From Phoronis australis (Eukaryota; Animalia; Phoronida): a DNA stretch of 64,000 bases. The stretch lies in NCBI GenBank assembly GCA_002633005.1, contig NMRA01000405.1, forward strand, positions 22,702 to 86,701. Reading direction: 5' to 3'. The position numbers and the translations under genes are program-made. The notes beneath the pieces were generated by a model. That model made no database searches, had not been told where the DNA came from, and was given only the letters and a program-made list of their open reading frames with translations. Shown here piece after piece: positions 53,551 through 64,000 of the stretch (position 1 is its first letter; each line of letters opens with the position of its first letter).

Positions 53551-53832
53551 CACATCATTAGATAAGGTGGTATTTGTCTTCCTGTGTGGCATGCGATATA
53601 CACATCATTGGATAGGTTAGTATTTGTCTTACTTTGTGACAGGCACTACAAACATCATTGGATAGGTTGGTATTTGTCTTACTTTGTGACAGGAAATACA
53701 CACATCATTGGATAGGTTGGTATTTGTCTTACTTTGTGACAGGCGCTATACACATCATTGGATAGGTTGGTATTTGTCTTAGTTTGTGACAGGCGCTATA
53801 CACATTATTGGATAGGTTGGTGTTTGTCCTAC
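53551..53832. repeat. 50-bp minisatellite, about 5.6 copies (intronic)
   Basis: The unit starting CACATCATTGGATAGGTTGGTATTTGTCTT begins at 53551, 53601, 53651, 53701, 53751 and 53801. Confidence 0.95.
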
Positions 53833-53971
53833 TGAAAGAAATGAACCGAAAAATCGTAACTGTAAGCTAAAAACCAAACCACAAAGTTGTGAACCATTTC
53901 AATCCAATAAGAAATCTGCAGGCAGGGATCTCGTTTACGAACTACAAACATTGCAAAAATGATCCACTTAC

Positions 53972-54124
53972 TGTGACTATCTTTGTTGCTAGGTGTGTTG
54001 TCACACACGTCATGATTGACAGGTGCATCCTCTTTTTCCTGACTGACAGTTAAAGAAAAAGAACTTTTGATAACGAAGGCTGAATCCTCATTCTTGTCGT
54101 GAGCTGTGTCACCAGGACTCAAGT
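53972..54124 (-). CDS. Internal 153-nt linker exon C1 preceding zinc-finger exon C2
   Basis: Acceptor TTTTCTTATTTTAG|, donor |GTAAGT, phase 1-1, open frame DLSPGDTAHDKNED..NKDSH. It joins C2 as ..KDSHSCWCG.. Confidence 0.7.
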
Positions 54125-54420
54125 CTAAAATAAGAAAACATAAATGTAGCACAGTTTATAAGAGATTGATTGTCATTTCATAATAATAATAATAGTAACA
54201 GTAAGAGGTACCAGTGTTACTGCCATACACAATTAGACACTGCCATGATCAAAACCTGATAATTCAAACTTTAAAGAATGCATATTTGTCAGGCTCAAAA
54301 CATGTCTAAAATTAATAAATATTTACCGCTATGTTCCACTGTGTCTGTGGGTGATCTCACTAGCCCTATAGTAACAAGAGCATCTTGCTTGTTCACTGAA
54401 AATTTGAACTGAAACGGTTA

Positions 54421-55823
54421 CCGTATTCACCGTAATAACCGCCCATGCCCCTATAAGCACCCCCCACATGTTTTCAGACTTTACTGAAATAAGCGCCCAG
54501 TCCATGAACGTGTACATGCGAACAATGATGTACCTACAGTCCTACTACTCGGCTACAGTAACGTCTTCAATTTATCAAAAAAATTTTGCACCGGTCTTCT
54601 GCAGCGGCACTGCTACGTTTGTATTTAGCCGTGACTATACGCAGCGCTTCAAAAATAACGCAACTACGTTGCTACTCTAGCGACGACTGTGTCCCACAAT
54701 GGTCTGACCTTTCAGTACACAGACACAAGGACTGTCTGATGAATAAAAATAACTCGGTGTTAAACGCAGGTGGCCAGGAAGCACGTGCTACATATATGAA
54801 CCTGTCATCAAAGGCATTAGTCGGGAACTATCCATTCATTAAAAAAGGGTAACATAGCATCGGTAAGAAATGAATATTGACACGAATTTCCGACAATTTC
54901 TAATACTATAAAACATGTTTGCGTTATTTTCAAGATGGATTGTTTGATTAACCATAATTGGTGTTTTTAAGCCGAATATCCGATAAAATGACAACTGACA
55001 GTGAATGCTTACACACCCTTACACCGAAAAATAACTATCAGTTTACGTACGCACCCATCTACACGGCGACTAATATGGGCCTTACCGAGACAAATGTCGA
55101 ACGTTTTTAGCACATGAGACCGGCAAGTGCTGAATGAAACACACTCTGGTTTAGGCCTACTGCTTGTGCAAATTTCTCTAGACACAATGCACATCTAGCT
55201 CGTTACATTGCGTGGCTCTGGCCAAATGACGGTCTCTGCTTTGGCAAATGAACTCTGGTGACACGCACGCACTCGCTTGGCAGACGAACTTCAAAACGAA
55301 CGTTACGTGACAACAACATGTGTGTTCGTCCAGTAATATTCTCGCTGTGTTGCCGATGATACATGTAGATGGCACGATGTTGCACAGATTTGTACTTAAG
55401 CCTGCCGGTTAATCCAGACTCCACAGGAACTTAAAAAAAAAATCTTAGGGACACCACTTAGAAAACTTAATGAAGATTTCAGGTAATTTGCTTGAGTCAA
55501 AACTATTTTTATTCAAGCATTAAGTCGCCATATCGAAGACAGCGATTTCGAGGCAGTCAGTCAGCGAGTTTTCGCTCTGGGATTTTAGCACAATTTTCTG
55601 TAAAATGATCGTAATTTAGCAGTAAAGTTTGATAGCAATGCACCACAGTTGTGTTGAGTCTTTCATACATTACAGCTACGTCACAGAGCGTAAATTTGAT
55701 GAATCTTAGCTTCCGATTTCACCCATTTCGGAGACAGGGTTTCAACCGACTTGGGTTATAATAAGCGCTCCCCCTGAACCGAACTTTTCTAAGTGCCCTG
55801 GGTGGTTATTACAGAGAATACGG
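54421..55823. mobile_element. TA-flanked TIR DNA transposon (Tc1/mariner-pogo, Tc2-like termini), copy 1
   Basis: TA|CCGTATTCACCGTAATAACCGCCC ... GGGTGGTTATTACAGAGAATACGG|TA, with internal homology to copies 2 and 3. Confidence 0.8.
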
Positions 55824-57934
55824 TATATGTATAATGAAATTCTGGATTAAATTTTGGGTGTGTAGATGTAAAATAGAAGCCAGTGTAATCTAGGATCAAT
55901 AATCACAGGTCGGACATCAATTTACCACCTTAAGGTGAAATGATATAGCCATGGTTGTGTTAGTTTATCTTGTGTACAATATGCTATGGGGTAAAGACGG
56001 AACACTGCAGACAAAATGAAAAAACAAAAGGCTATGCCAACTTTTGATAGATTTTTGATGCACACCAAAAAGCTGGATAATAAGTTGAACTGGACAAATC
56101 CACTCCTCAATGAGACCACTAACTACTGCTATGAAAAAGGGCAAACTCATCTGAGGAAACCTCAATTTGCTAAACACAGTGGGCCATGAAACCTACATGT
56201 CATGCAATCTAATTGGCTTTTCATACATCACTGCATAATCAATTACTATGATCCTCAAGTTATAATGAAAGACGTACCTTTATCTTGCAAAATGAGCAAG
56301 AAATCAGCTGAATAGCCGCTGCAAGACAATTCACCAAAACCCCATTTTAGAAATGTATGGAAAATGGACTGCACACTTTGGTTACTCACACTGAAAATTG
56401 CTTGGTATATTTGTGCATGGCTGTAGTTCAGGTTTTATGGCTTAGAGTTGTAAGGGTTCTGCTTTGTAGCAAGTTGAGTGTTCTGCATGTTGTGTTATGG
56501 ATTCCATTATCATCCCAGTAAACTGTGTGCAAAATGGTCAGACTAAAAACCCAATGTTACAAAAAAGGTTTATTTGCAAAGTTGAATAATTGCACAAACT
56601 TCCTTAGTCATCAATTTACATATTATTATAATGTGCTGCATATTCTCCAAAAAAGTTACAAACAAAGTTCTTGATTTCATTGCCCACCAACTGACTTTAT
56701 CAACAAACAATCAGCATTTGACCTCAGATTGTTTGGCAACCTGGGAAAAAACTGCCACATAGTCAGCTATGCGAACATCAAACTCAGACAATAATTGATT
56801 CTTAAATTCGTTTCAAAGTTGGTGTTGACTTCCAAATTTTAAATTACTAACAGTTTTCATTTATTTAGTGATTTCACCCCATTTGCCACCACATTTAAAT
56901 AGCAACAGGGAGTAAACAGACCGAAGTCGTAAAAGTCGGAACTGTTCTGCAAAAATTGGGCAAGATTGGCAAAATTGGAGAACAAGTTATTTATTGCTAT
57001 AATTACGAAACAAAAGGGGTCATACTTGGTACCAGTAGACTTCTAGAATTTTTAATGGTTGATTACAAAAAGTAAATTATGCCAAAGACAATTTGTTCAA
57101 CAACATTTGTTCAACAAATCAAATCTTATGTCAATTAATTGCAGGTTTTTGGATAAAATTTGACATGAAACTTGATGTAATCTGACTTATATTGCTAAAG
57201 TACCCAATGCCTGAGCATTTTAAGCCCTGTGCAGCACCATATTTGGAAATATTGCTTTGGTTAACGCTTTGGAGTAGAACTCTTTATTTTGTTTTTAACA
57301 CAGTAAGAGTTCCTAATTGCACACAATAAAAGCATGGATCAAATGGAGTTCATAGATTAGTTCAATGTGAAATTGAGAGCTGCATTGGTCTTCAAGTTGT
57401 TACTCGGACATGTCATCAATGTTAGTACGTTCCCTAAAGTAACAACACAACCAAGTTAATACCAACAACTCATGTGTGTCATTCATATATCAGTACTGGC
57501 ATGATTACAGAAAACTGAAATACTGTCAACAGATTTTGTGTCAGTCGTTTAGGACACATGAATTTCTTAAAATCAAATAGCTTGTTGAGACTTAAATTAC
57601 CTAATTATCACTGCTGATCTGCTGAAGATACTACACGTCGTTCACAGCCCATCCTTCATGGACCCATGTGCTACTCTGATACACAGGAGAAGCCTACACA
57701 TTTCTAAGGATTGTAATAAGGGATATGGTCTCTGCTCCTTTAAAACTATGATGCTGTTTATGTGTGCATACGTGAGTGTGCGAGCATGTGTACATGGGAA
57801 AGAGCCAGATATCCACTGTCAATGATGCACACCCACTGGTCACTTCCAGTCAGGTCATGCTATCACAACAAGACACAACAACAAGTACAGCATCAATCAA
57901 GGTACAGTCTGAATTAACATTTTACTTCTGTATA

Positions 57935-58272
57935 TCACTCCACGCCGGCAGGCTCCTGTCCCTGACCACAGCGCAACTCATGTTTCTGGCATGCTTGCTT
58001 CCTGTTGAAAGGTCGCGCACATGTGCGACACTGATACGGGCTGAAGCGCACGTCCATGTGACAAACCATGTGTTGTTTCAGCGAGGGTTTCGACTTGAAT
58101 GACTTTCCGCAGACATTACACACAAACATCATGGCAGTCTCCATAGTGACCGAATGTGATTGTACATGCCAGAGATATTCTTTACGATTGGCACACTCCT
58201 TGCCACAGTGGTGACACTTATTGGAGCCGTCATCGTTATCAGGCACTGGAGGCATCGGTAGCTTCCCAGCAG
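57935..58272 (-). CDS. Terminal C2H2 zinc-finger exon D (3 fingers, last C2HC)
   Basis: Acceptor TCTTTTTGTATTATAG|, phase 1. Fingers CHHCGKEC..HVQSH, CNVCGKSF..HMVCH, CRTCARPF..HELRC; stop TGA at 57935-57937. Confidence 0.85.
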
Positions 58273-58390
58273 CTATAATACAAAAAGATGGTGACAAAAG
58301 TGGGCACCAATATGTCTGTTGCACTACAGCTGGCTGAGGAACACATGAACACAGTGAACATCTTGGATGTAATGATAAATATGACAAATA

Positions 58391-59783
58391 CTGCATTCGC
58401 CCTAATAAGTGCCCATGCCCCTACAAGCGCCCCACGCGTTTTCAGACTTTGCTAAAATAAGCGCTATGCCCATGATAGTGTACATGCGAAAAATGCCTTA
58501 CCTACATTTCTAAAATTCTACAGTAACGTCTTCAATTTATCAACAAGATCCGATATTCCTGAAAAACTCATTGTGTGTGGAACTTGTAGACCATGAGCCT
58601 CGCCGCTATATTGGTATTTAGCCGTGACTACACTTCAAACTTCCGCTGCGCTTCCAAAAGAACGCAAGTTTTGCTGATCTTGCGAGGAACATGTTCTACT
58701 ACGGTTTGGCCTTTCAGAACAAATGCAGCGTACTGTCAAAAGAATTGTATTGAATCTTTCCCATAGAGATATTCTCCATTAACAGGAATCCAAATTTCTC
58801 TGTACACATGAAAACCGCGAATTGAAGACTAACGAAAACTTGACCTTTATTAAAAGCACGTGGCCAGGAAGCGCAAGCCACATAAAGTACCTGTCAACGA
58901 AGATAAGTCTTCGGGAGCTATTTATTCATGAAACAAGTTGCATAGCATAAGCAAGAAACAAATACTGGCACTTATTTCTGAAAGTTCCAAATACCGTAAA
59001 AATGTTTGCATTACTTTTAGGAAGAATTATTAAATTAATCATAATTGGTGTTTAAGTCAAAATGACCTATTGACAGTGAACATTTCCGCACCCTTACACC
59101 CCCCAATCTCTTGAAAAATAACTGTTAGACTGTCATGCATCCAGTCACCCGACGACTCAATGACATCGGCCTAACCGAAACAATTTTCGGGTGTTTTTTA
59201 GCAGATGAGATTAACAAGTGCTGAATAATTTACACTTTCTGCTTTTCTGTTTGTGTTAATTTCTTTAGTGACAATGCACACCTAGATCGTTACGTCGCAT
59301 TTATTCTGGCAAATGAATTCTGATGACATGCACACGCTCGATAACTCACACATGCAAACGAACTTCAAAACAAACGTCATGTGACAGCAACATGTGTGTT
59401 CGTCCAGAGATTTTACTTGCGTTGCAGAGTACGATCTCATACAGATTTGGACTTAATATGCAGTTAACCCCGGCTACACAGGAACATAAAAATCTTAGGG
59501 ACGTTATTTTGAAAACTTGTCAATGATGACTTTAGGTAATTTCTTGAGTCAAAACAATTACATTTTTTACTCAAAAATTCAAGTTTACCCATCAGCGATC
59601 ACAGGGCAGCGACGCATCAGTCAGCGAGTTTTCCCACTGGGATTTTCTGGAAAATGCTCATAATTTAACAACTAAGTTGTGATAGCAATGCACCACAATT
59701 TTGTACTTTGGACTATAATAAGTGCCCCCATCCCTTAAGCAAATTTTTCTAAGCACCCTGGGTCCTTATTAGGGCGAATATGG
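58391..59783. mobile_element. TA-flanked TIR DNA transposon, copy 2, with decayed HIRAN-like coding remnant
   Basis: TA|CTGCATTCGCCCTAATAAG ... CTTATTAGGGCGAATATGG|TA. The minus strand at ~58660-58830 reads SSIRGFHVYREIWIPVNGEYL...VLKGQTVVEHVPRKIS. Confidence 0.8.
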
Positions 59784-60689
59784 TACCTTGCAGTGAACAA
59801 TTAATTACCTGCATTGTGTGTTGTTTAAATACATTATAAAGGACAGGATGGACAGGACAAAAAGTAAATGCAGATGAAGCCAAGTGACAAATGAACACCA
59901 AAAGGTCTGTCCAACAACAAACACCCCTTAGAGGACTATAACACATTATGGCTATTTTTGAGCACGACATGCACGCCTTGGTTTAATTTTGCGATTAAAC
60001 CCACTTAAACAGAAGTACAGCTGACAAAAATGTCAAATTCAATAACTGAACAGCCACCGTAATAAAATAATTTAAATCTTTTTGAAAATGGAACCCTCCG
60101 TTGTCAAATGTCAGTTTTATGCTTTAACTGCTTTAATTTCGAAGTTTACTGATTTTCGTATATCAGTGTAAGTAAATGTTTTTTTTGCATTTAGAGTACC
60201 TAACATTTTTGTGTTTTGGCACTGACACAAAAAGCTACACCGTTACTTTTTCTTTAATGTCTAAATTTGATGTCCCACTGTTTGTTATAAAATAAGACAA
60301 AAATTAGGAAATAACCGACTTAACCTACTGTAGCTTAGTTCACTGAGAATGTATGTGAATTTCAAGATTCCAATAACTAGCTGCAACGCACTAAGTGCTG
60401 TTAGTTCTATAAGTTGTCATTTTGTTTTCGTTTAATGCAAACTTCTGAATTTTTTCATAAAAATCATAATCTTGCACTAAACACTATAGACTACGCAGGA
60501 TTTATTACGCTTAGGAGTCTTGTCCTTGACATTAGTTAGTTGCCTGTGGTGAGAATTTAACGGTTTGTAGATGGCAGAAATGTCAAACTGTTTAAAGGTC
60601 CTCTTGAGATCAGCCCCAGAAAGAAGGCAATCAGCTCACAATTAGGGGGCTTTACACCCCTTGTCATCTGAGTGTTGACACTTCTCCTC

Positions 60690-60775
60690 TCTGATCTTTC
60701 TGCTTTGGTGAACGACCAACATGGGTAACCACATTTGCAAAGGGCCTCCTTGGTTCCCTTCCTCAGAAATGGCAA
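60690..60775 (-). mobile_element. Possible short Penelope-like retroelement fragment
   Basis: Peptide KEALCKCGYPCWSFTKA resembles the (L)xxxGYPxW motif downstream of the RT in Penelope-like elements. Very short. Confidence 0.3.
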
Positions 60776-61153
60776 ATTCCAATATTTGACCTAATTTTCT
60801 CCATATTTTTATACTTCAACTGAATGTTTTTATCAAAAGTGCATAAAGCCTGTAATTTGAAAGTTTCACATGAATTCGATCAGCAATTTCTGAGATATGA
60901 TGTTCTGAAGTTTGCCAAACTAAGTCACTTTTCGAGGATACCACATAACCCTTATCTTAAGCAGGCCTCATTTTGAAAATGTTCATAGATTCTTAGATCT
61001 GCTTTTGGTGATAGTAGGGCCTCAAAACCAAAATTGAGATAAAAACAAAGACTTCTAGGAAGTAAAATTTGTTTTATTTTCTCAAAAGCAGATAGATGTT
61101 AAAAGTCAGATATATCACTCAAAGTTTAAGCATTACTACACCTAAATGACATA

Positions 61154-62056
61154 CCGTATTAGCCCTAATAAGCACCTAGGGCGCTTAGAAAAATTGGTTT
61201 CGGGAGGGGTGTGTGGTTATTGTAGCCTTAGGCTGTTGAAACCCAGTCTCTGAAACAGGTGAAATCAGAAGCTATGATTCATCAAATTCATGCTCTGCAA
61301 TGTATCTGTAGCCTATGACAGACTTTCCACAAAATTGTGTTGCATTGCTATCAAACTTCATTGTTAAATTACGATCCTTTTTCAGAAAATTGTGGGGAAA
61401 TCTCAGGGCGAAAATTCGCCGACTGATGCATCGCTGCTTCGCGATCGTCAATAGGGCAACTTGCATTGTTGAATAAAAATACAGTTTCGACTCAACAAAT
61501 TACATGAAATCCTCCTTAAGTTTTCCAAAAAGCGTTACTAAGATTTTTAAGTTCCTGTGGAGTCGGGATTAACTGCAAATTAAGTCCAAATCTGCGCTAG
61601 ATCGCACCCCGCAATCTGGACGAACACACATTTGTCACGTGACGTTTGGTTTGAAGTTCATCTGCCTGTGTGTGCCGAGTGAGCAAGATTCACTTCCATT
61701 GACAAGTACACTGTGTCTGTTCTGAAAGGCCAGACCATAGTGGGACATGTGCCTCGCGAGATCTGAAAAACTTTTAAATTATTTTTGAATCATTGCGGAA
61801 GTTTAAAGTGTATATTCACAGCTAAATACTGGCACAGCAGCAAGGCTCGTGGTCTAGAAATTTGGCGCACAATGATTTTTTCAGGACTGTCGGATGTTAT
61901 TGATAAATTGAAGACATTACTGTAGAATTTTAGAACTCTAGGTAAGGCATTTTTCAAATGCATACACGTTCATGGGCTGGGCACTTATTTTAGCAAAGTC
62001 TGAAAATGCGTGGGAGGCGCTTAATGGGGCACAGGCGCTTATTAGGGCCAATACGG
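61154..62056. mobile_element. TA-flanked TIR DNA transposon, copy 3 (inverted, internally deleted) with HIRAN-like remnant
   Basis: TA|CCGTATTAGCCCTAATAAGCACC ... GGCGCTTATTAGGGCCAATACGG|TA. Plus strand 61701-61925 reads DKYTVSVLKGQTIVGHVPREI*KTFKLFLNHCGSLKCIFTAKYWHSSKARGLEIW. Confidence 0.8.
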
Positions 62057-62749
62057 TACTCAGCATAAAGGTTCTTTCCAGACAAGAACGTCAGATGTGT
62101 CATATATTTGGCTTTGACATTTTCAATTACACGTTCTCCCTTCCCCGAATGACCAAAATTATCCAAACACGAGGCTACTTTTTAGAAATTCCCAGTATCA
62201 CATTAAGTATCAGCTTACTCAGTAATAGGATACTTGAGCACATGTACATTAGTTTTTACTTTCTCCAGCTCCCAGTGAGACGTCTTTGCCCGGGCATGGA
62301 CAACCAAGAACTTTAACTTGTCGCATAAGCATGAATGGAATGGACGAAGTCTTCCCAAGCAAGCATTTCACTCAACACCTCTCGCTTTTGCACTGTGCCC
62401 TGGATGCCTACTGTTGAGTTCCTACACTGAAGTCAAAAAGAACATCGATCCCTCAACTTCACGAACAGAAGAGTGAAAGTAACAACAAAGGAAAGGAGGT
62501 GCAGGTGGGACAGAGGAGTGACTTGCAGAGGGAATCGCCAGTTGGTGGCAATTGGGGCAGCACAGAACTTTTAGGGGGACGTACTCATGCCGCCACTGGT
62601 ACAATGGAAGCAATGACAAATCACCATGTTGTGTCTAAATTAGGGAGATATTAATGAATATAGCGAGAATACAAAGCGTAAAAATCGCACCCACAACTAC
62701 ACCACAAACGACATACTTCTAGGGCTGTTTATTGGTATCAGAATAACGG

Positions 62750-64000
62750 CGACTAGGTGGCGCAGAATATGCTCAACCCATTCGAAAATCAGAAGGTGTT
62801 GCCATCACTCAAATGAAAACATATTTGCCATATTTCATGAAAATCCAACCATTGAACACCAGATATACAGAGGTAAACACAAAAAATAGAATAGGCACCA
62901 AGAGCCACAGTGATAGCTGGATCCGTGCAAAAGAATTTGTCATCTGTTGCCATTATCAAATTTGACAAAGATCTTGGAAGTGGTTAAGTGATAAAGCTAT
63001 GGGTGCAAGAAAAATGGCCACTAGAATATATTTGCTCCGTAGTAAAGATCTTGTCAACGGTTTAGGAGATAATAATAATATAGCCATGGGCATACAAAAA
63101 CAAAACTGCCACTAGGAGGCGCCACAGTAGTCAAAGTCGTTGGAAAATCATCAACTGTCCTCTTCATAATAAGAACATAAATGCCAGTTTTCACAATCAT
63201 CTTAGAGTGGTTTGGTTGCTAGAGGGGCGGACGCCAAAAATACGGGACTCGAAAATAGTAAAAATGGTCAGTAGGTGGCCCAAATTGCCTCAAATCCATG
63301 TGAAAACAGGAGCATAGCCTCATTTCATTAATACATGCCCATGTGCCGAATTTCATGAAAATCAGTTGAGGATCCTTGAAGATACAGAGGAAAATGTAAA
63401 ATACTATAATTGCCACCACGGAGCACAGCAGTACTTGGGTCAATCTGAAACTCGTCGCTCTCTGTCGTCAACCCCATAGAAACACACTTGCCAAATTAAT
63501 ACTATTCTGCAAGGGGCTTAGGAGATACAGCCGTGGACGCCGGACGTCCAGATAGAGACGATGGCAATATGCAACCACATATAAATATGTGGGAGCATAA
63601 AAAGTGTCGTCGTCTCCTAAACAGAGAATCAATGTGCCAAATTCTATGAAATTCTGTCAATGAACTCAGAAGATGCAGAGGTTAACTTAAAAAGTGAAAC
63701 TGTCACTAGAGGGCACAATGGTGGTCAGACCCGGCAGAAAGTTGACATCATTTGTGGTCACATTCAAAACCACTTGCTAAATTTCACAATCACTTTTCAT
63801 AAGGTTAAGGAGATATGGCTGTGGGCAAAAATAATCACTAGGGGGCGCCACAGTAGTCAGCCAGTGCAAGTCGACAACAGGAACACAACTGCCAATTTTC
63901 ATAATGACCTTGGGATGGTTTGGCAGATGGAGCAGTGGACATAAAAAACCAATTAAACATTGAAAATGACCACTACATGGCATAGCATATATCAAATTCA
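62750..64000 (+). repeat. Degenerate internally repetitive element carrying several co-oriented CTCF-like motifs
   Basis: CGACTAGGTGGCGC (62750), CCACTAGGAGGCGC (63109), TCACTAGAGGGCAC (63703) and TCACTAGGGGGCGC (63835), plus recurring TTAGGAGATA and TGCCAAATTT-like motifs. Confidence 0.55.

Noticed and set aside
53551-53832. 50-bp array as CRISPR or as a coding repeat exon
   Set aside because: There are no unique spacers, the context is eukaryotic, the period is not a multiple of 3, and the nearby acceptor leads to a stop.
57935-58396. ORF-track ATG starts for the zinc-finger ORFs as single-exon genes
   Set aside because: The N-terminal extension runs through a pyrimidine tract and acceptor into a transposon end. 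The other modules start at GTG/TTG or have an upstream in-frame stop, so spliced entry fits better.
62280-62634. Cys-containing minus-strand ORF (CCPNCH) after an AG as another cassette
   Set aside because: The phase-1 reading stops after a few codons and no frame gives C2H2 spacing.

Overview
Eukaryotic, AT-rich animal (probably invertebrate) genomic DNA with spliceosomal introns. Left part: the 3' end of a CR1/L2-like LINE, an (ATT)n microsatellite, foldback and tRNA-derived repeats, and a decayed Ty3/Gypsy LTR retrotransposon lacking its RT catalytic core (~8.7-12.0 kb). Next is a ~6 kb repeat-built, multiply disrupted minus-strand ORF of unknown function (13.2-19.1 kb). The centre holds a complete 23-exon kinesin-3 gene (KIF28/KLP-6-like, 994 aa by manual splicing, + strand 24325-44714), whose first intron is a minor-spliceosome U12 AT-AC intron and whose protein ends in a CaaX motif (CTVS). 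The most unusual structure is on the minus strand at 46.9-58.3 kb: four paralogous C2H2 zinc-finger modules, each entered through a phase-1 splice acceptor, each ending in its own stop codon and lacking an obvious first exon. This looks like an array of alternative terminal DNA-binding cassettes (lola/fruitless/broad-like logic) whose shared 5' exons would lie beyond the window. The array is interspersed with three copies of a TA-flanked TIR transposon carrying a decayed HIRAN-like domain, and co-oriented CTCF-like motifs cluster upstream of it. All calls come from reading the sequence by eye; no database search was run.
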